Shown here piece by piece: positions 1-10,335 of a DNA stretch of 64,000 bases. The DNA is from an uncultured virus (IMG/VR IMGVR_UViG_3300017975_000001) (taxonomy: Duplodnaviria; Heunggongvirae; Uroviricota; Caudoviricetes). The notes below the pieces were generated by a model that was not told where the DNA came from, did not search any database, and saw nothing but the letters and a program-made list of their open reading frames with translations. Location of the stretch: the IMG/VR virus record IMGVR_UViG_3300017975_000001; one strand, 5' to 3'. Numbering within the stretch: position 1 is the first letter of the stretch; each line of letters begins with the position of its first letter. A program made the position numbers and the translations under genes.

Positions 1-1708
<1,708 letters not shown>

Positions 1709-1737
1709 ACGTGAAGGTTACCATGACGTTAGCTGTC

Positions 1738-1753
1738 GATCGCAGCCGCGATC
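1738..1753. promoter_or_regulatory. GATC-N8-GATC palindromic box between divergent virion genes
   Basis: GATCGCAGCCGCGATC, overlapped and followed by GATCGCGCTTGCATTAGTGCT, which nearly matches 6168-6189. Confidence 0.65.
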
Positions 1754-1797
1754 GCGCTTGCATTAGTGCTGTCTATGTACGATCTTTTCGAGCAGGC

Positions 1798-2622
1798 ATG
1801 CGAGTCAGGAAAAAGCGCTTTGTCAAACCCAAGCTTCGCCGTACGGACGGCCAAGTTGCGCTAGCTCGCGCAAACGACGAAGCGATAGTCGTTAACGCGC
1901 CTGTCGAAATTAGCGCGACGGCGTTGGTTGTCGGTGTTCTGTTGTTGGCGGGCGTGAGCGGTTTCATCGCCTATCTGTTGCTTCGCAAAGACAGGGAGAA
2001 AGATCGGCCAGACCGCGGACAAGCTGGGTTGGGCCAAGCAGGTCAGCTACCACCACCATCTGTCTATCTGATTCAAACAGACAATGGAACCACCGTGACT
2101 CGCACTGAACCGCGGCAGCTCAACTACGAACCTCAACCACCTCAGCCGACGTCCATCAGATTCGATCCTGAAGTTTCACAAACGCTAGACCGCGTCGGGA
2201 CAAAACTTCAAACCATCGCTTCACGTCTCGATCGAATACCAAAAGCTTCGATCTTCACTACGTATCGACTACCATTTCTCGGCGATCCAGAAGCCGGCGC
2301 AATTCGGCTAGCTACATCCAACAACGTGCCCTACGAGGTCACTGTACGAGTAGTAGGGCCACCAGGAGGGATGGCAGCACTCGCGTTCGATCCTGTTCCT
2401 TTGAACGTTCCACAGCCGTTGATATTTCCTGCTAATCATTTCTCACACATACCGGCAGGCGACGTCATCATCATTCCAGCTGGGCAATTTCAAACTATCC
2501 GAATGACGCCGAGGCAAGCGTTATTCGGCAAAGGCAACATGGGCCCTAAGCATCCTACTGGGCCTGTAGTCGTATCGATTATCGGAGCCGACTTCATGGC
2601 TTCGATCGATATGCCACCTTGA
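1798..2622 (+). CDS. Membrane-anchored putative virion protein (basic leader, TM helix, C-terminal beta domain)
   Basis: The in-frame ATG at 1798 gives MRVRKKRFVKPKLRR, then TM ALVVGVLLLAGVSGFIAYLLL, a QAGLGQ motif and a C-terminal domain resembling 3723..4034. The ORF track starts it at 1711. Confidence 0.6.
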   Translation: MRVRKKRFVKPKLRRTDGQVALARANDEAIVVNAPVEISATALVVGVLLLAGVSGFIAYLLLRKDREKDRPDRGQAGLGQAGQLPPPSVYLIQTDNGTTVTRTEPRQLNYEPQPPQPTSIRFDPEVSQTLDRVGTKLQTIASRLDRIPKASIFTTYRLPFLGDPEAGAIRLATSNNVPYEVTVRVVGPPGGMAALAFDPVPLNVPQPLIFPANHFSHIPAGDVIIIPAGQFQTIRMTPRQALFGKGNMGPKHPTGPVVVSIIGADFMASIDMPP

Positions 2623-2632
2623 TCTAAGGCGC

Positions 2633-3034
2633 CTACGGCGCTGTTGGCTTGTGTGCTTGCAGCCACGGCAATGAGAGAGTTGCCGAAACACGCCGCCAAG
2701 CTCCTCGTACACGGCGCGTGCGCGGAGCGCGAGGTCCATTGGATTTTTGGATTTCCAAAAGTACGCGATCGCCCGCTTGCACCTGGCCACGATGCTTTTT
2801 TGGCAAGGCGAACATTACAGATGTTGGATGAGGGCGCACCGCTGCTTTGAAGTGCTCCTCGCCGAGTTTGACGTCGAGCCAACGTCCGGTCCATCCCAGA
2901 TGCACGAGCCCACGAATGATCGCAGCTGGGACTGCTACGCGTAGTCCTCGCCCGTCGCCTTCTCCACGGACGATGACTTCAACACTAAAAATGCCGTTAC
3001 TCGGAATGATCGTCCGTACGATTCGTCTCGGCAC
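2633..3034 (-). CDS. Putative AbrB/swapped-hairpin-like DNA-binding protein
   Basis: Two similar half-motifs, LRVAVPAAI and VMFALPKKHR...AGDRVLLEI, plus a basic C-terminus. Confidence 0.35.
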   Translation of the reverse strand: MPRRIVRTIIPSNGIFSVEVIVRGEGDGRGLRVAVPAAIIRGLVHLGWTGRWLDVKLGEEHFKAAVRPHPTSVMFALPKKHRGQVQAGDRVLLEIQKSNGPRAPRTRRVRGAWRRVSATLSLPWLQAHKPTAP

Positions 3035-3155
3035 GGACCTAGGTTACAACTGCTCGTATCTAAAAAACAGCGAATGAGCTTGCCGAGATCCACCTTCCTT
3101 GCGACTGTGAAGCAGTCGCAGCAGCGATCGTGCTTGACGCCACGAGGGAGAACAC

Positions 3156-3692
3156 ATGTCACGGCTACCACTTCAATTCGCGGGCAAGGACATTTCTTTC
3201 CGCATTCCCTACTCAATGGCTGCGGAATTGGCGGTTCCGCCCAGTACCTTCGGTACGGTGTTCCCAGAAGCGTCTTTCCTGAACTCCATCGACAAGCCGC
3301 TCGAAGTTCACCGCGTATTCATCAATCTGGCGGCGCAAGGACAGCCGACTGGCTACAGCTTCCTCACTATTCTCGATCCTCAACCAACTACACTCGATCA
3401 GCGCATCCGTATATCGATCACAGACTTCTCCAAGAACGAGAAGTTCATGAAAGCGCCAACGATCGTAGCAGCGCTACTGAACCAACTGACTGGCGCATGG
3501 GAACTCGAAGAGCCTTACACGATCGTGCGCTCGGAGGGTTTTCAGGTACAGATAGACACCCTCGACTTCCCTGGCGTCATCATCATCAACAGCTTGCTGC
3601 TGCCGGAGTACGTAACTGTCCCGTTCGTACGCGTTGTCCTCAACTTCCAGGGCTATCTGGACATCATCGCACCGCCTAGCGAGACGCGCTGA
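3156..3692 (+). CDS. Candidate single jelly-roll capsid-type protein
   Basis: 178 aa with alternating hydrophobic strand patterns ending VRVVLNFQGY. It has a GGAG SD, a degenerate GATC box at 3114-3129, and sits in the virion module. The fold is inferred. Confidence 0.35.
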   Translation: MSRLPLQFAGKDISFRIPYSMAAELAVPPSTFGTVFPEASFLNSIDKPLEVHRVFINLAAQGQPTGYSFLTILDPQPTTLDQRIRISITDFSKNEKFMKAPTIVAALLNQLTGAWELEEPYTIVRSEGFQVQIDTLDFPGVIIINSLLLPEYVTVPFVRVVLNFQGYLDIIAPPSETR

Positions 3693-3722
3693 TTGGTCCT
3701 TGCCTCACGGCAACACTAATCC

Positions 3723-4034
3723 ATGCAGAATACGAGCTTCACTACGGTAGTCGTCGAACCTTTGGGCTCGACGACGCCGACTACTATCGTGAAGTCCGCG
3801 ATCGTGCCGATGCGTGCACTCATTTCCAATGTTGGCCCTGTGATGGTCTGGGTAGGTGACGATGTGACGGACTTGACGCCTCCAGGACTAGACACCTATC
3901 GCATCTTCCCTGGTGAACAGCACGTGTTCGTTTTGACCTCGACACAAAGCCTGTACGCACTCGGCGCTGCTGTTGGCGGGCTGCTATCCGTTTCACTGTC
4001 TGAAGCAATCCCAACGGATGTTCCAAGAACGTAG
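3723..4034 (+). CDS. Small beta-sandwich putative penton/minor capsid-like protein
   Basis: 103 aa with RALISNVGPVMVWVG...YRIFPGEQHVF...QSLYA. Paralog-like to 1319..1708. Confidence 0.5.
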   Translation: MQNTSFTTVVVEPLGSTTPTTIVKSAIVPMRALISNVGPVMVWVGDDVTDLTPPGLDTYRIFPGEQHVFVLTSTQSLYALGAAVGGLLSVSLSEAIPTDVPRT

Positions 4035-4043
4035 GAAAGCATC

Positions 4044-5126
4044 ATGTTCAAACTACCCAAAGGCGATCAGCGCTGGGACTTACTGAATCACCCGTATCTC
4101 ACGTACGGCGTGGTTACGGTAGACGCCAATTTCGACGCGGGCGTAGGTAGTGGCGCGGCCTGCATTCTCGTCAATGCGAGCACCGGTCCAGTTACAGTAA
4201 CACTGCCGCCGACAGCCAAACCGCCGCCTGGAGCCGGTTATCTCATCACCAAAATCGACGCCAGCGCTAATGCGGTGACGGTTGCTGCAAGCGGTACTGA
4301 CACGATCGATGGTAGTCCAACCGTCATCCTCACGGCTCAATATGACTCCACAACAGTCGTCTCGAACGGCGCAGGACTCTGGGTTGAAGTTTCAGAAGCT
4401 ACTAGTGCTGGTCCTGTAGGACCAACAGGACCGACGGGTTCAACAGGAAGTACAGGACCGACAGGGCCGACCGGACCTTCAAATGGCGCATTCATTGGAC
4501 GCCAAACATTCACGGCCAGTGGAACGTACACACCCAGCGCCGGCACCATGAAGGTGCACGTCACGATGTGCGGTGGTGGAGGATCGGGCGCTGGAACTGG
4601 AGTGATACCGAGTTCCGTCAGCGTCGGCGGTGGTGGTGGAACGGGAGAAGGTCTCGACTTCGTCATCGTCAGTGGAGTGCCGATCACTGGAGGAGCGGTA
4701 GTCGTCGGTGCTGGCGGAGCCGGTGCTCTCAATGCCAGCAACAGTGGTACGGCATCGAGCGTCGTCATCAATGGGACCACCCACACGGCGGCAGCTGGCG
4801 GAGGCGGTGGCGGAGCCTCATCTACTACTGGTACTGGAACTGCGGCGGGCGGATTTGCTGGAACCGGAGCGCCTCCCGCCAATGGCTATCTCAGCGGCGA
4901 GAACGGAGCGCCAGGTCTTTACATCAGCGCTCCATCATTTGGTTTCGGTGGAGATGGCGGCAGCGGCGACTATGGGATCGGCGGCGTGGGTGCGGGTGGC
5001 ATTGGGGCCAACGGAACTTCGGCTGCCGGCTACGGAGCTGGCGGCGGCGGCTCTGCAGGTACTACGACGAGCCAGGCCGGCGGTAGCGGCGCACCTGGTG
5101 TAGTCATCATCGACGAGTACACCTGA
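4044..5126 (+). CDS. Spike/fibre protein with short collagen segment and Gly-rich C-terminal domain
   Basis: N-terminal VTVTLP...KIDASANAVTV...DTIDG domain, a [10 protein letters not shown] collagen stretch, and a FTASGTYTP...MCGGGGSG...GAPGVVII Gly-rich domain typical of phage fibres. Confidence 0.75.
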   Translation: MFKLPKGDQRWDLLNHPYLTYGVVTVDANFDAGVGSGAACILVNASTGPVTVTLPPTAKPPPGAGYLITKIDASANAVTVAASGTDTIDGSPTVILTAQYDSTTVVSNGAGLWVEVSEATSAGPVGPTGPTGSTGSTGPTGPTGPSNGAFIGRQTFTASGTYTPSAGTMKVHVTMCGGGGSGAGTGVIPSSVSVGGGGGTGEGLDFVIVSGVPITGGAVVVGAGGAGALNASNSGTASSVVINGTTHTAAAGGGGGGASSTTGTGTAAGGFAGTGAPPANGYLSGENGAPGLYISAPSFGFGGDGGSGDYGIGGVGAGGIGANGTSAAGYGAGGGGSAGTTTSQAGGSGAPGVVIIDEYT

Positions 5127-5210
5127 TAGGACTGGCAAGGCGTCATGGCCAAAAAACTTCCACAAGGCAACGTACGCTGGGACCTAAACCTGTGATGTAG
5201 AGGCGCGCCC

Positions 5211-6164
5211 TTGCAACTCAACCCACGCACAGTCTCGCAAGCCGTCAAGTTCGGTTCGAGCATCTATGAACTGATTCTTTCGAATTGGGGCAATCGCGGT
5301 TCGGGCCAAGATCCGACCAATGGCAGCATCCAATTCCCACCTGAACAATCGCAGTCCAACGGCAACATCCCGATCATCGGACAGCTCATCGGCATACCGA
5401 TCCAGACGCTGTTTGCGATCAGCATCGCGCCACGCAGTGATTGGGATCGCTGCATCTTGCGCACAGCCAGCGATCAACAGCCACAGCAGCTTCTTCCTCC
5501 AGCCAATCAGCAAGCTGGCTTCATCAATCAAGGATCGATTCTCGAAACAGAACAAGTTCTAGGCGTCCACGATCCACTAATCGGCCAGCTGCAAGGGCCG
5601 ACTATCGTCCGTGCAAATCAATCTGGCTGGTACAGCGATACGTACGTCCCGGCGGGTCAGGCCGCGACGACACTGCCATTTGGTACAGCGCTCGGAAATC
5701 CGCCACCAGGTTCTACAGGCGGTCCCATCTGGTACAACCCAGAACTGCGCTTGTTCTTGTACCTCACAGCGCAAGCGCCGCTTCCACCGTCTCATCGTGC
5801 GCCTTTTCATCACGAGTACAGCTACGTGTTTGCGACAGCCGGCACGCAGCAGCTCACCAAGGTAGTGCCCATGATGGGCCGAAGCCATGTGCGCGTGAGC
5901 ATGCATGCACATGGCAGTGGGATGATCACGCCTGTTCTAACGGGCACGTTTCACGAAACGGTCCTTACAAGCACGTCGCCAACAGTTACCGTAACCGAGG
6001 CCAACTACGAAGTACCTTTGGTGACGGGCACGGCTCTGAACAGTGCCACTGAAGGTGGTGTTGTACTCGCGGTCGATCATCCAGGCGTCAGCTATCTTCT
6101 CGTGAACGCGACCGGCACTGTTATAGGTGACGTGCTCCACGTGAGTATCGACGCTTTCGACTAG
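5211..6164 (+). CDS. Beta-rich putative virion structural protein
   Basis: 317 aa with a TTG start and GAGG SD, Thr/Val/Gly-rich C-terminal beta domain, located in the virion operon. Confidence 0.55.
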   Translation: MQLNPRTVSQAVKFGSSIYELILSNWGNRGSGQDPTNGSIQFPPEQSQSNGNIPIIGQLIGIPIQTLFAISIAPRSDWDRCILRTASDQQPQQLLPPANQQAGFINQGSILETEQVLGVHDPLIGQLQGPTIVRANQSGWYSDTYVPAGQAATTLPFGTALGNPPPGSTGGPIWYNPELRLFLYLTAQAPLPPSHRAPFHHEYSYVFATAGTQQLTKVVPMMGRSHVRVSMHAHGSGMITPVLTGTFHETVLTSTSPTVTVTEANYEVPLVTGTALNSATEGGVVLAVDHPGVSYLLVNATGTVIGDVLHVSIDAFD

Positions 6165-6167
6165 ATC

Positions 6168-6194
6168 GATCGCGCTTGCGATTAGTGCTAGGAT
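6168..6194 (+). promoter_or_regulatory. GATC box variant plus TAGGAT -10-like element
   Basis: GATCGCGCTTGCGATT-AGTGC-TAGGAT, ending 7 nt before ATG 6202. Confidence 0.55.
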
Positions 6195-6201
6195 TGGCGC
6201 C

Positions 6202-6372
6202 ATGTTCGGACGCCGCCCTCCCAGACCGATTCGCGGTCCCCTAGCAGGACCTGGTCAACGGCCATCCTCCAACTGTTGCGTGCGGACGCAGCCTACTCCT
6301 GTGCGCCCACGAACACCGCCCATTGTTCAACGCACTCCACAGGTATATCGTCCAAATCGTGGCGGACGGTAA
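6202..6372 (+). CDS. Small Arg/Pro-rich basic protein (56 aa; not in ORF track)
   Basis: MFGRRPPRPIRGPLAGPGQRPSSNCC...RPNRGGR*. It follows the box/-10 element and ends 6 nt before the next ATG. Confidence 0.55.
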   Translation: MFGRRPPRPIRGPLAGPGQRPSSNCCVRTQPTPVRPRTPPIVQRTPQVYRPNRGGR

Positions 6373-6378
6373 TCACCC

Positions 6379-6597
6379 ATGGATGTTCTCGGCGAGATTA
6401 TCAACCGCTGGGGTCTGCCAACAGGCTTCGCCGTCTGGCTCATGTGGGTAGTCACGCGAGATTTGCGTGAAATCCGAAACGCTGTGTACAAGCAGTCGGT
6501 CGTCAATGCAGTGATCTTGAAGACGCTTGATGTACCTGAAGCTGCAGCGATCGCTGCTGGTCCGCTACCTGCAGCGCCTCCAGAAAAAGGAGCCTGA
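6379..6597 (+). CDS. Small membrane protein (holin-like or virion membrane protein)
   Basis: 72 aa, single TM WGLPTGFAVWLMWVV followed by a helical segment. Confidence 0.55.
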   Translation: MDVLGEIINRWGLPTGFAVWLMWVVTRDLREIRNAVYKQSVVNAVILKTLDVPEAAAIAAGPLPAAPPEKGA

Positions 6598-6598
6598 C

Positions 6599-6820
6599 GT
6601 GATCTCGTTTTTCATCTCCATCGGTATTTTCCTTGTCCTGGTATCGAGCGCAGGAGTTTGGCAGTATCGCCAGCGCAAAGATGTCAAGATTCAAACGGCG
6701 CAGCTTGATCAAGAGATCGCGCGTTCAGCAGAAGTTGCACAACGACGTCATGTGCAGCGTTTTGGGCGCGCAAGCACTGATATTGAACGTACTTTTGCGT
6801 CGGTAGCGAAGAAGTCCTAA
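6599..6820 (+). CDS. Small single-TM membrane protein
   Basis: GTG at 6599 after a GGAG SD; hydrophobic ISFFISIGIFLVLVSSAGVW followed by a basic segment. Confidence 0.55.
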   Translation: MISFFISIGIFLVLVSSAGVWQYRQRKDVKIQTAQLDQEIARSAEVAQRRHVQRFGRASTDIERTFASVAKKS

Positions 6821-6826
6821 GCTTAT

Positions 6827-7129
6827 TTGATGCTCGCCGAAATTTGGGCGCTCATCATCGCGCTGGGGCTCACGTTTGCGTGGATTCCGATCCTGCTGCG
6901 CTTCTTTCGCTCGTGGCGCGGCCGTGCAAACCCAATTAGTCTTGCGATCTGCTTTCTAGTGGGTCTCGCACAGTACGTACCTGCGTACGTTGCCATTGCG
7001 TTCCCGCCGTCGTGGAGTACGGCATCCATTCTCGGGATGGACGGCATTACCTGCCTTGCGTTCCACGGCGCCATCTTGTGGGCGTCACGACGCTTCGCCG
7101 ACACACGCAACAGCAATGGTGCAGGATAG
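6827..7129 (+). CDS. Three-TM membrane protein
   Basis: 100 aa with three hydrophobic segments. Confidence 0.6.
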   Translation: MMLAEIWALIIALGLTFAWIPILLRFFRSWRGRANPISLAICFLVGLAQYVPAYVAIAFPPSWSTASILGMDGITCLAFHGAILWASRRFADTRNSNGAG

Positions 7130-7135
7130 TTCGTC

Positions 7136-7627
7136 TTACCTTCGTATCACTGCATGATGTCCAAGCGCGCCCCTGAGTCGCGCTTGCTGGCCCAATGCTC
7201 CTGGCGGCCCTGACGCTGCGATCTCCTGGTGGTACCGTCCAGGCGGTATACCAGGCGGACACGGCGCATTCACTTCTTGCCAGGCGCCGCCAACGTTGAC
7301 ACGGAAGTAGCACATACCGGCACTAGGCTCGGCAGATGGCGGCGGTTGTGGCTGCCATGGCGGTTGTGGCGGTTGTGGCTGCTGTTGCCACGGCTGCCGC
7401 CACGGCCGTTGTTGCTGCCACGGGCGCTGTTGCCAGCGTTGTTGTTCGTGCCAGCGCTGCTGTTCCCACCGCGGCGGCGGATATCCAAGTTGAGCCTGCG
7501 GCTGTTTGGCCGCTTGTTGGTTGACGATGTTTTGCAGCTGTTTCTGCAAGCCGCCTGGCGCGGTCGGATCTACGACACGTGAGCCCAGTATCGTGCCGTC
7601 AACTCCGCGAACGTTTGCGTACAACAT
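7136..7627 (-). CDS. Gln/Pro/Trp-rich low-complexity protein with LG motifs
   Basis: WQQRPWQQQ repeats; motifs QAQLGY, GALGQ and GALGH; GGAG SD upstream. Confidence 0.6.
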   Translation of the reverse strand: MLYANVRGVDGTILGSRVVDPTAPGGLQKQLQNIVNQQAAKQPQAQLGYPPPRWEQQRWHEQQRWQQRPWQQQRPWRQPWQQQPQPPQPPWQPQPPPSAEPSAGMCYFRVNVGGAWQEVNAPCPPGIPPGRYHQEIAASGPPGALGQQARLRGALGHHAVIRR

Positions 7628-7668
7628 CTCGTTCAGGCTCCTTTTTTGTTGCTCACTAGCTTGCGTTA

Positions 7669-7992
7669 TCAGTCAACGGGACACAAGGCCTCACGCGCAG
7701 CGACGTCGAGTAACCACACGATTTCGGCATCCGAGCTACTGCCATCCAAACGAAGAACGCCTGAACCTCGTTTGAGCGCAAACGTCGCGGGCACAGCAGA
7801 GACTCTCAGACGATCGGCGAGCTGTGCATATCGTGGGTCATTTGCGTCGATGATCCAAATAGGAAGGCATTGTGCGTATGCGCGCGCGATTCGCTGAAAA
7901 CGTGGAACGTACTCGGCGCACGCACCGCAACCGGCCATCTTGAAGACGACGACAACGACGCGGGCAGTCGATAAATCGGGAGGCAGGGCCAT
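7669..7992 (-). CDS. Thioredoxin-like thiol-disulfide oxidoreductase
   Basis: VVVFKMAGCGACAEYVP (CxxC), IIDAN, and a VSAVPAT cis-Pro-type motif. Confidence 0.85.
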   Translation of the reverse strand: MALPPDLSTARVVVVVFKMAGCGACAEYVPRFQRIARAYAQCLPIWIIDANDPRYAQLADRLRVSAVPATFALKRGSGVLRLDGSSSDAEIVWLLDVAAREALCPVD

Positions 7993-8060
7993 GTTTTTTC
8001 GTCGCTCCAGCCTACCACGTACGGTTCCTATACCGCTGCCAATGGCGTAGAATCAAAGGT

Positions 8061-8076
8061 GATCGCGTGCGCGATC
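8061..8076. promoter_or_regulatory. GATC-N8-GATC palindromic box
   Basis: GATCGCGTGCGCGATC, the exact reverse complement of the copies at 11600 and 11933, lying between divergent genes. Confidence 0.7.
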
Positions 8077-8128
8077 AACCTGGACGCTGTGCATGTCTGC
8101 GTGATAAAGACTGAAACGGAGATTTTCC

Positions 8129-10333
8129 ATGCTCATTACCACGGTCAGCGGTCCCAACGGAGTGTCTGTACAGCGGCCAAACCTTGGAGCATACGCGATC
8201 GGGTCGCAGATCAAGTGCACGGCGACTGCATGTTATGGCGTAGGGCCAACTGCAGCCATGCTCCGCATGCTCCAGGAGCAGATCAATCGTTTCGCAAGCG
8301 GAAACTTTGCGCCGCTGACAGTCAATGGCGTGATCACAGATGCCACCCGCGCAACTGCGCAACATGCAGCGCAGATCGCCTTGTCGATCTTGGGAGGCAA
8401 CGCCGACAATGAACTAGTACAGCTGGCAAACGGACAACTCTCCAAAGAACAGATCGCGTCAGTAGCTGACACCCTAGTGGACAACTTCACGAGTGCAGCC
8501 GAAGAGCGTAGTGGCCGAGGTTTAGGTGCGTATGCGATGGGATCGCAGATCAAGTGCACAGCGACCGGATGCTACGGCGTAGGGCCGGTGGCGGCCATGT
8601 TCCGCATGCTCCAGGAGCAAATCAATCGTTTCTCTATGAGTGGCAACTTTGCGCCGCTGGCAGTCAATGGCGTGATCACAGATGTAACCAAGATGACCGC
8701 GCAGCGTGCTGCGCAGGTCGCCTTGGCAATCCTAGGCGGTAATGCTGACGACGAGCTGGTGCAGCTGGCGCATGGACAACTCTCCAAGGAACAAATCGCT
8801 ACTGTCGCCGACACCCTCGTGGACAACTTCACGAGTGCAGCCGAAGAGCGCAGTGGCCGAGGTTTCGGTGCTGCACCTATCGAGCTTGAAATCGGCACGG
8901 GCACGCTAGTGCCTATGCCAGCAAAGCCCGTCGATCTTCGTTTGAACGCCGACTTCAAATGTAATGGTGGCGGGATGTGCTACGGCATTGGCCGAGTTCA
9001 TCAGACCTTCATCGAGTTGCAGCGTCAGATCAATCGTATCGTGCCTGTTCGTGGCGGCATCGACGGCTTCATCGGAGAGAACACACGCGCAGCGGCCGTT
9101 CAAGCGGCGTCTATTGCAAAGACCGTCATGCATCCGCTGCCATATCTTCTTTCGGTCATGCTGGCCACATCCAGACTGGCGCAGGTACCGAAGGAGTGGC
9201 TGGCTGCGCACGCGCCAACGCTAGTCAACGACTTTCGCGCTGTGGCTGATGCACGCGCAGCTGCACCACCGCCTGCGCGTCCCTTGGTGCCACCTCCTGG
9301 ACGTCCTGTGGTAACTGCGCCTCCTACGCCTGTACAAGTTGCACCAACACCGCCTGCAGCAGTCGTCACCCAGCCACCAGCGATTGCTGGAATCCAACCA
9401 GACTTTCGATTGGGCATCGACTTCAAGTGCAATCCTCAGATCTGCTACGGCGTCGGACCAGTTCACGGCGTCTTTATCGATCTGCAACAGCAAATCAATC
9501 GGATTACGCCCATCGGAGTCATTGATGGCTTCATCGGCGTCGGTACACGTGCCGCAGCGATTCGCGCTGCTCAAATCGCACTGGCTGCGCCGCAACCGTC
9601 GCTTCCTCCTACAATGCGACGACACGCAGGACGGGCGCCAAGTCTAGAGCAGTTTCTCGCCTCCGGTAATCCGAGCCGTGAACAGATTGCAGCTTACGCA
9701 CGTAAACTTGCTTTGACCTTTCGTGCCGCCGCAGACTGGCAAGATGAATTGCGCAGACGGCCGCCTGTTGTAGCGCCTGCACCGCAGCCAGCGCCTGCAC
9801 CGCAGCCAGCGCCTGTTCCGCTGCCAGCGCCACAACCACCCGTTGTGGTCACAGCTCCGCCTGCGCCACCAACACCTCCTGGAGTGCCGCCACGGCCGCG
9901 TCATCCACATCCACCGCGACATCCAAAACCACCACAAGCACCAACACAACCGGCGCCATCTCCTGCTCCACAAGCGCCGCCTTCGGCTCCACCACAAGCA
10001 CCTCCTGAAGCGCCTCCTGCCGAAGCAGAAGCAGCGCCACCACCGCCAGCACCGCCAACAGCTGCTGAAGCGGCGCCGCCGACGGTGCCGATGGCACCGG
10101 CAGAAGTTACACCGGCCGGTCCTGATGCCGCTGCTGCAGCTGCGGCAGCAAAACCTGAGACACCAGTATGGGTCTGGTGGGCCGTTGGTGGTGGCGCAGC
10201 GGCAGTGCTTGTCACAGTGATCTACGCATTCACACGTACACGCCAACCCGCGTATGCGTATGCGCCTGCACCTGCAGCGCCTGCACGACCACGGCGTCCT
10301 GCGACACGGAGCCATCGCTCGGCGGAGATGTAA
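8129..10333 (+). CDS. Membrane-anchored protein with 4 Cys-containing peptidoglycan-binding-like repeats and Pro-rich stalk
   Basis: Four repeats of KC...CYG(V/I)G...LQxQINR...(VNGVI/IDGFIG)xxT, a long Pro/Ala linker, C-terminal TM VWVWWAVGGGAAAVLVTVIYAF and a basic tail. Confidence 0.7.
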   Translation: MLITTVSGPNGVSVQRPNLGAYAIGSQIKCTATACYGVGPTAAMLRMLQEQINRFASGNFAPLTVNGVITDATRATAQHAAQIALSILGGNADNELVQLANGQLSKEQIASVADTLVDNFTSAAEERSGRGLGAYAMGSQIKCTATGCYGVGPVAAMFRMLQEQINRFSMSGNFAPLAVNGVITDVTKMTAQRAAQVALAILGGNADDELVQLAHGQLSKEQIATVADTLVDNFTSAAEERSGRGFGAAPIELEIGTGTLVPMPAKPVDLRLNADFKCNGGGMCYGIGRVHQTFIELQRQINRIVPVRGGIDGFIGENTRAAAVQAASIAKTVMHPLPYLLSVMLATSRLAQVPKEWLAAHAPTLVNDFRAVADARAAAPPPARPLVPPPGRPVVTAPPTPVQVAPTPPAAVVTQPPAIAGIQPDFRLGIDFKCNPQICYGVGPVHGVFIDLQQQINRITPIGVIDGFIGVGTRAAAIRAAQIALAAPQPSLPPTMRRHAGRAPSLEQFLASGNPSREQIAAYARKLALTFRAAADWQDELRRRPPVVAPAPQPAPAPQPAPVPLPAPQPPVVVTAPPAPPTPPGVPPRPRHPHPPRHPKPPQAPTQPAPSPAPQAPPSAPPQAPPEAPPAEAEAAPPPPAPPTAAEAAPPTVPMAPAEVTPAGPDAAAAAAAAKPETPVWVWWAVGGGAAAVLVTVIYAFTRTRQPAYAYAPAPAAPARPRRPATRSHRSAEM
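8183..8863 (+). repeat. Intragenic tandem duplication of about 340 bp
   Basis: 8183-8521 and 8522-8863 are highly similar in DNA and protein (GAYAxGSQIKCTATxCYGVGP...AAEERSGRG). Confidence 0.9.
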
Positions 10334-10335
10334 CG

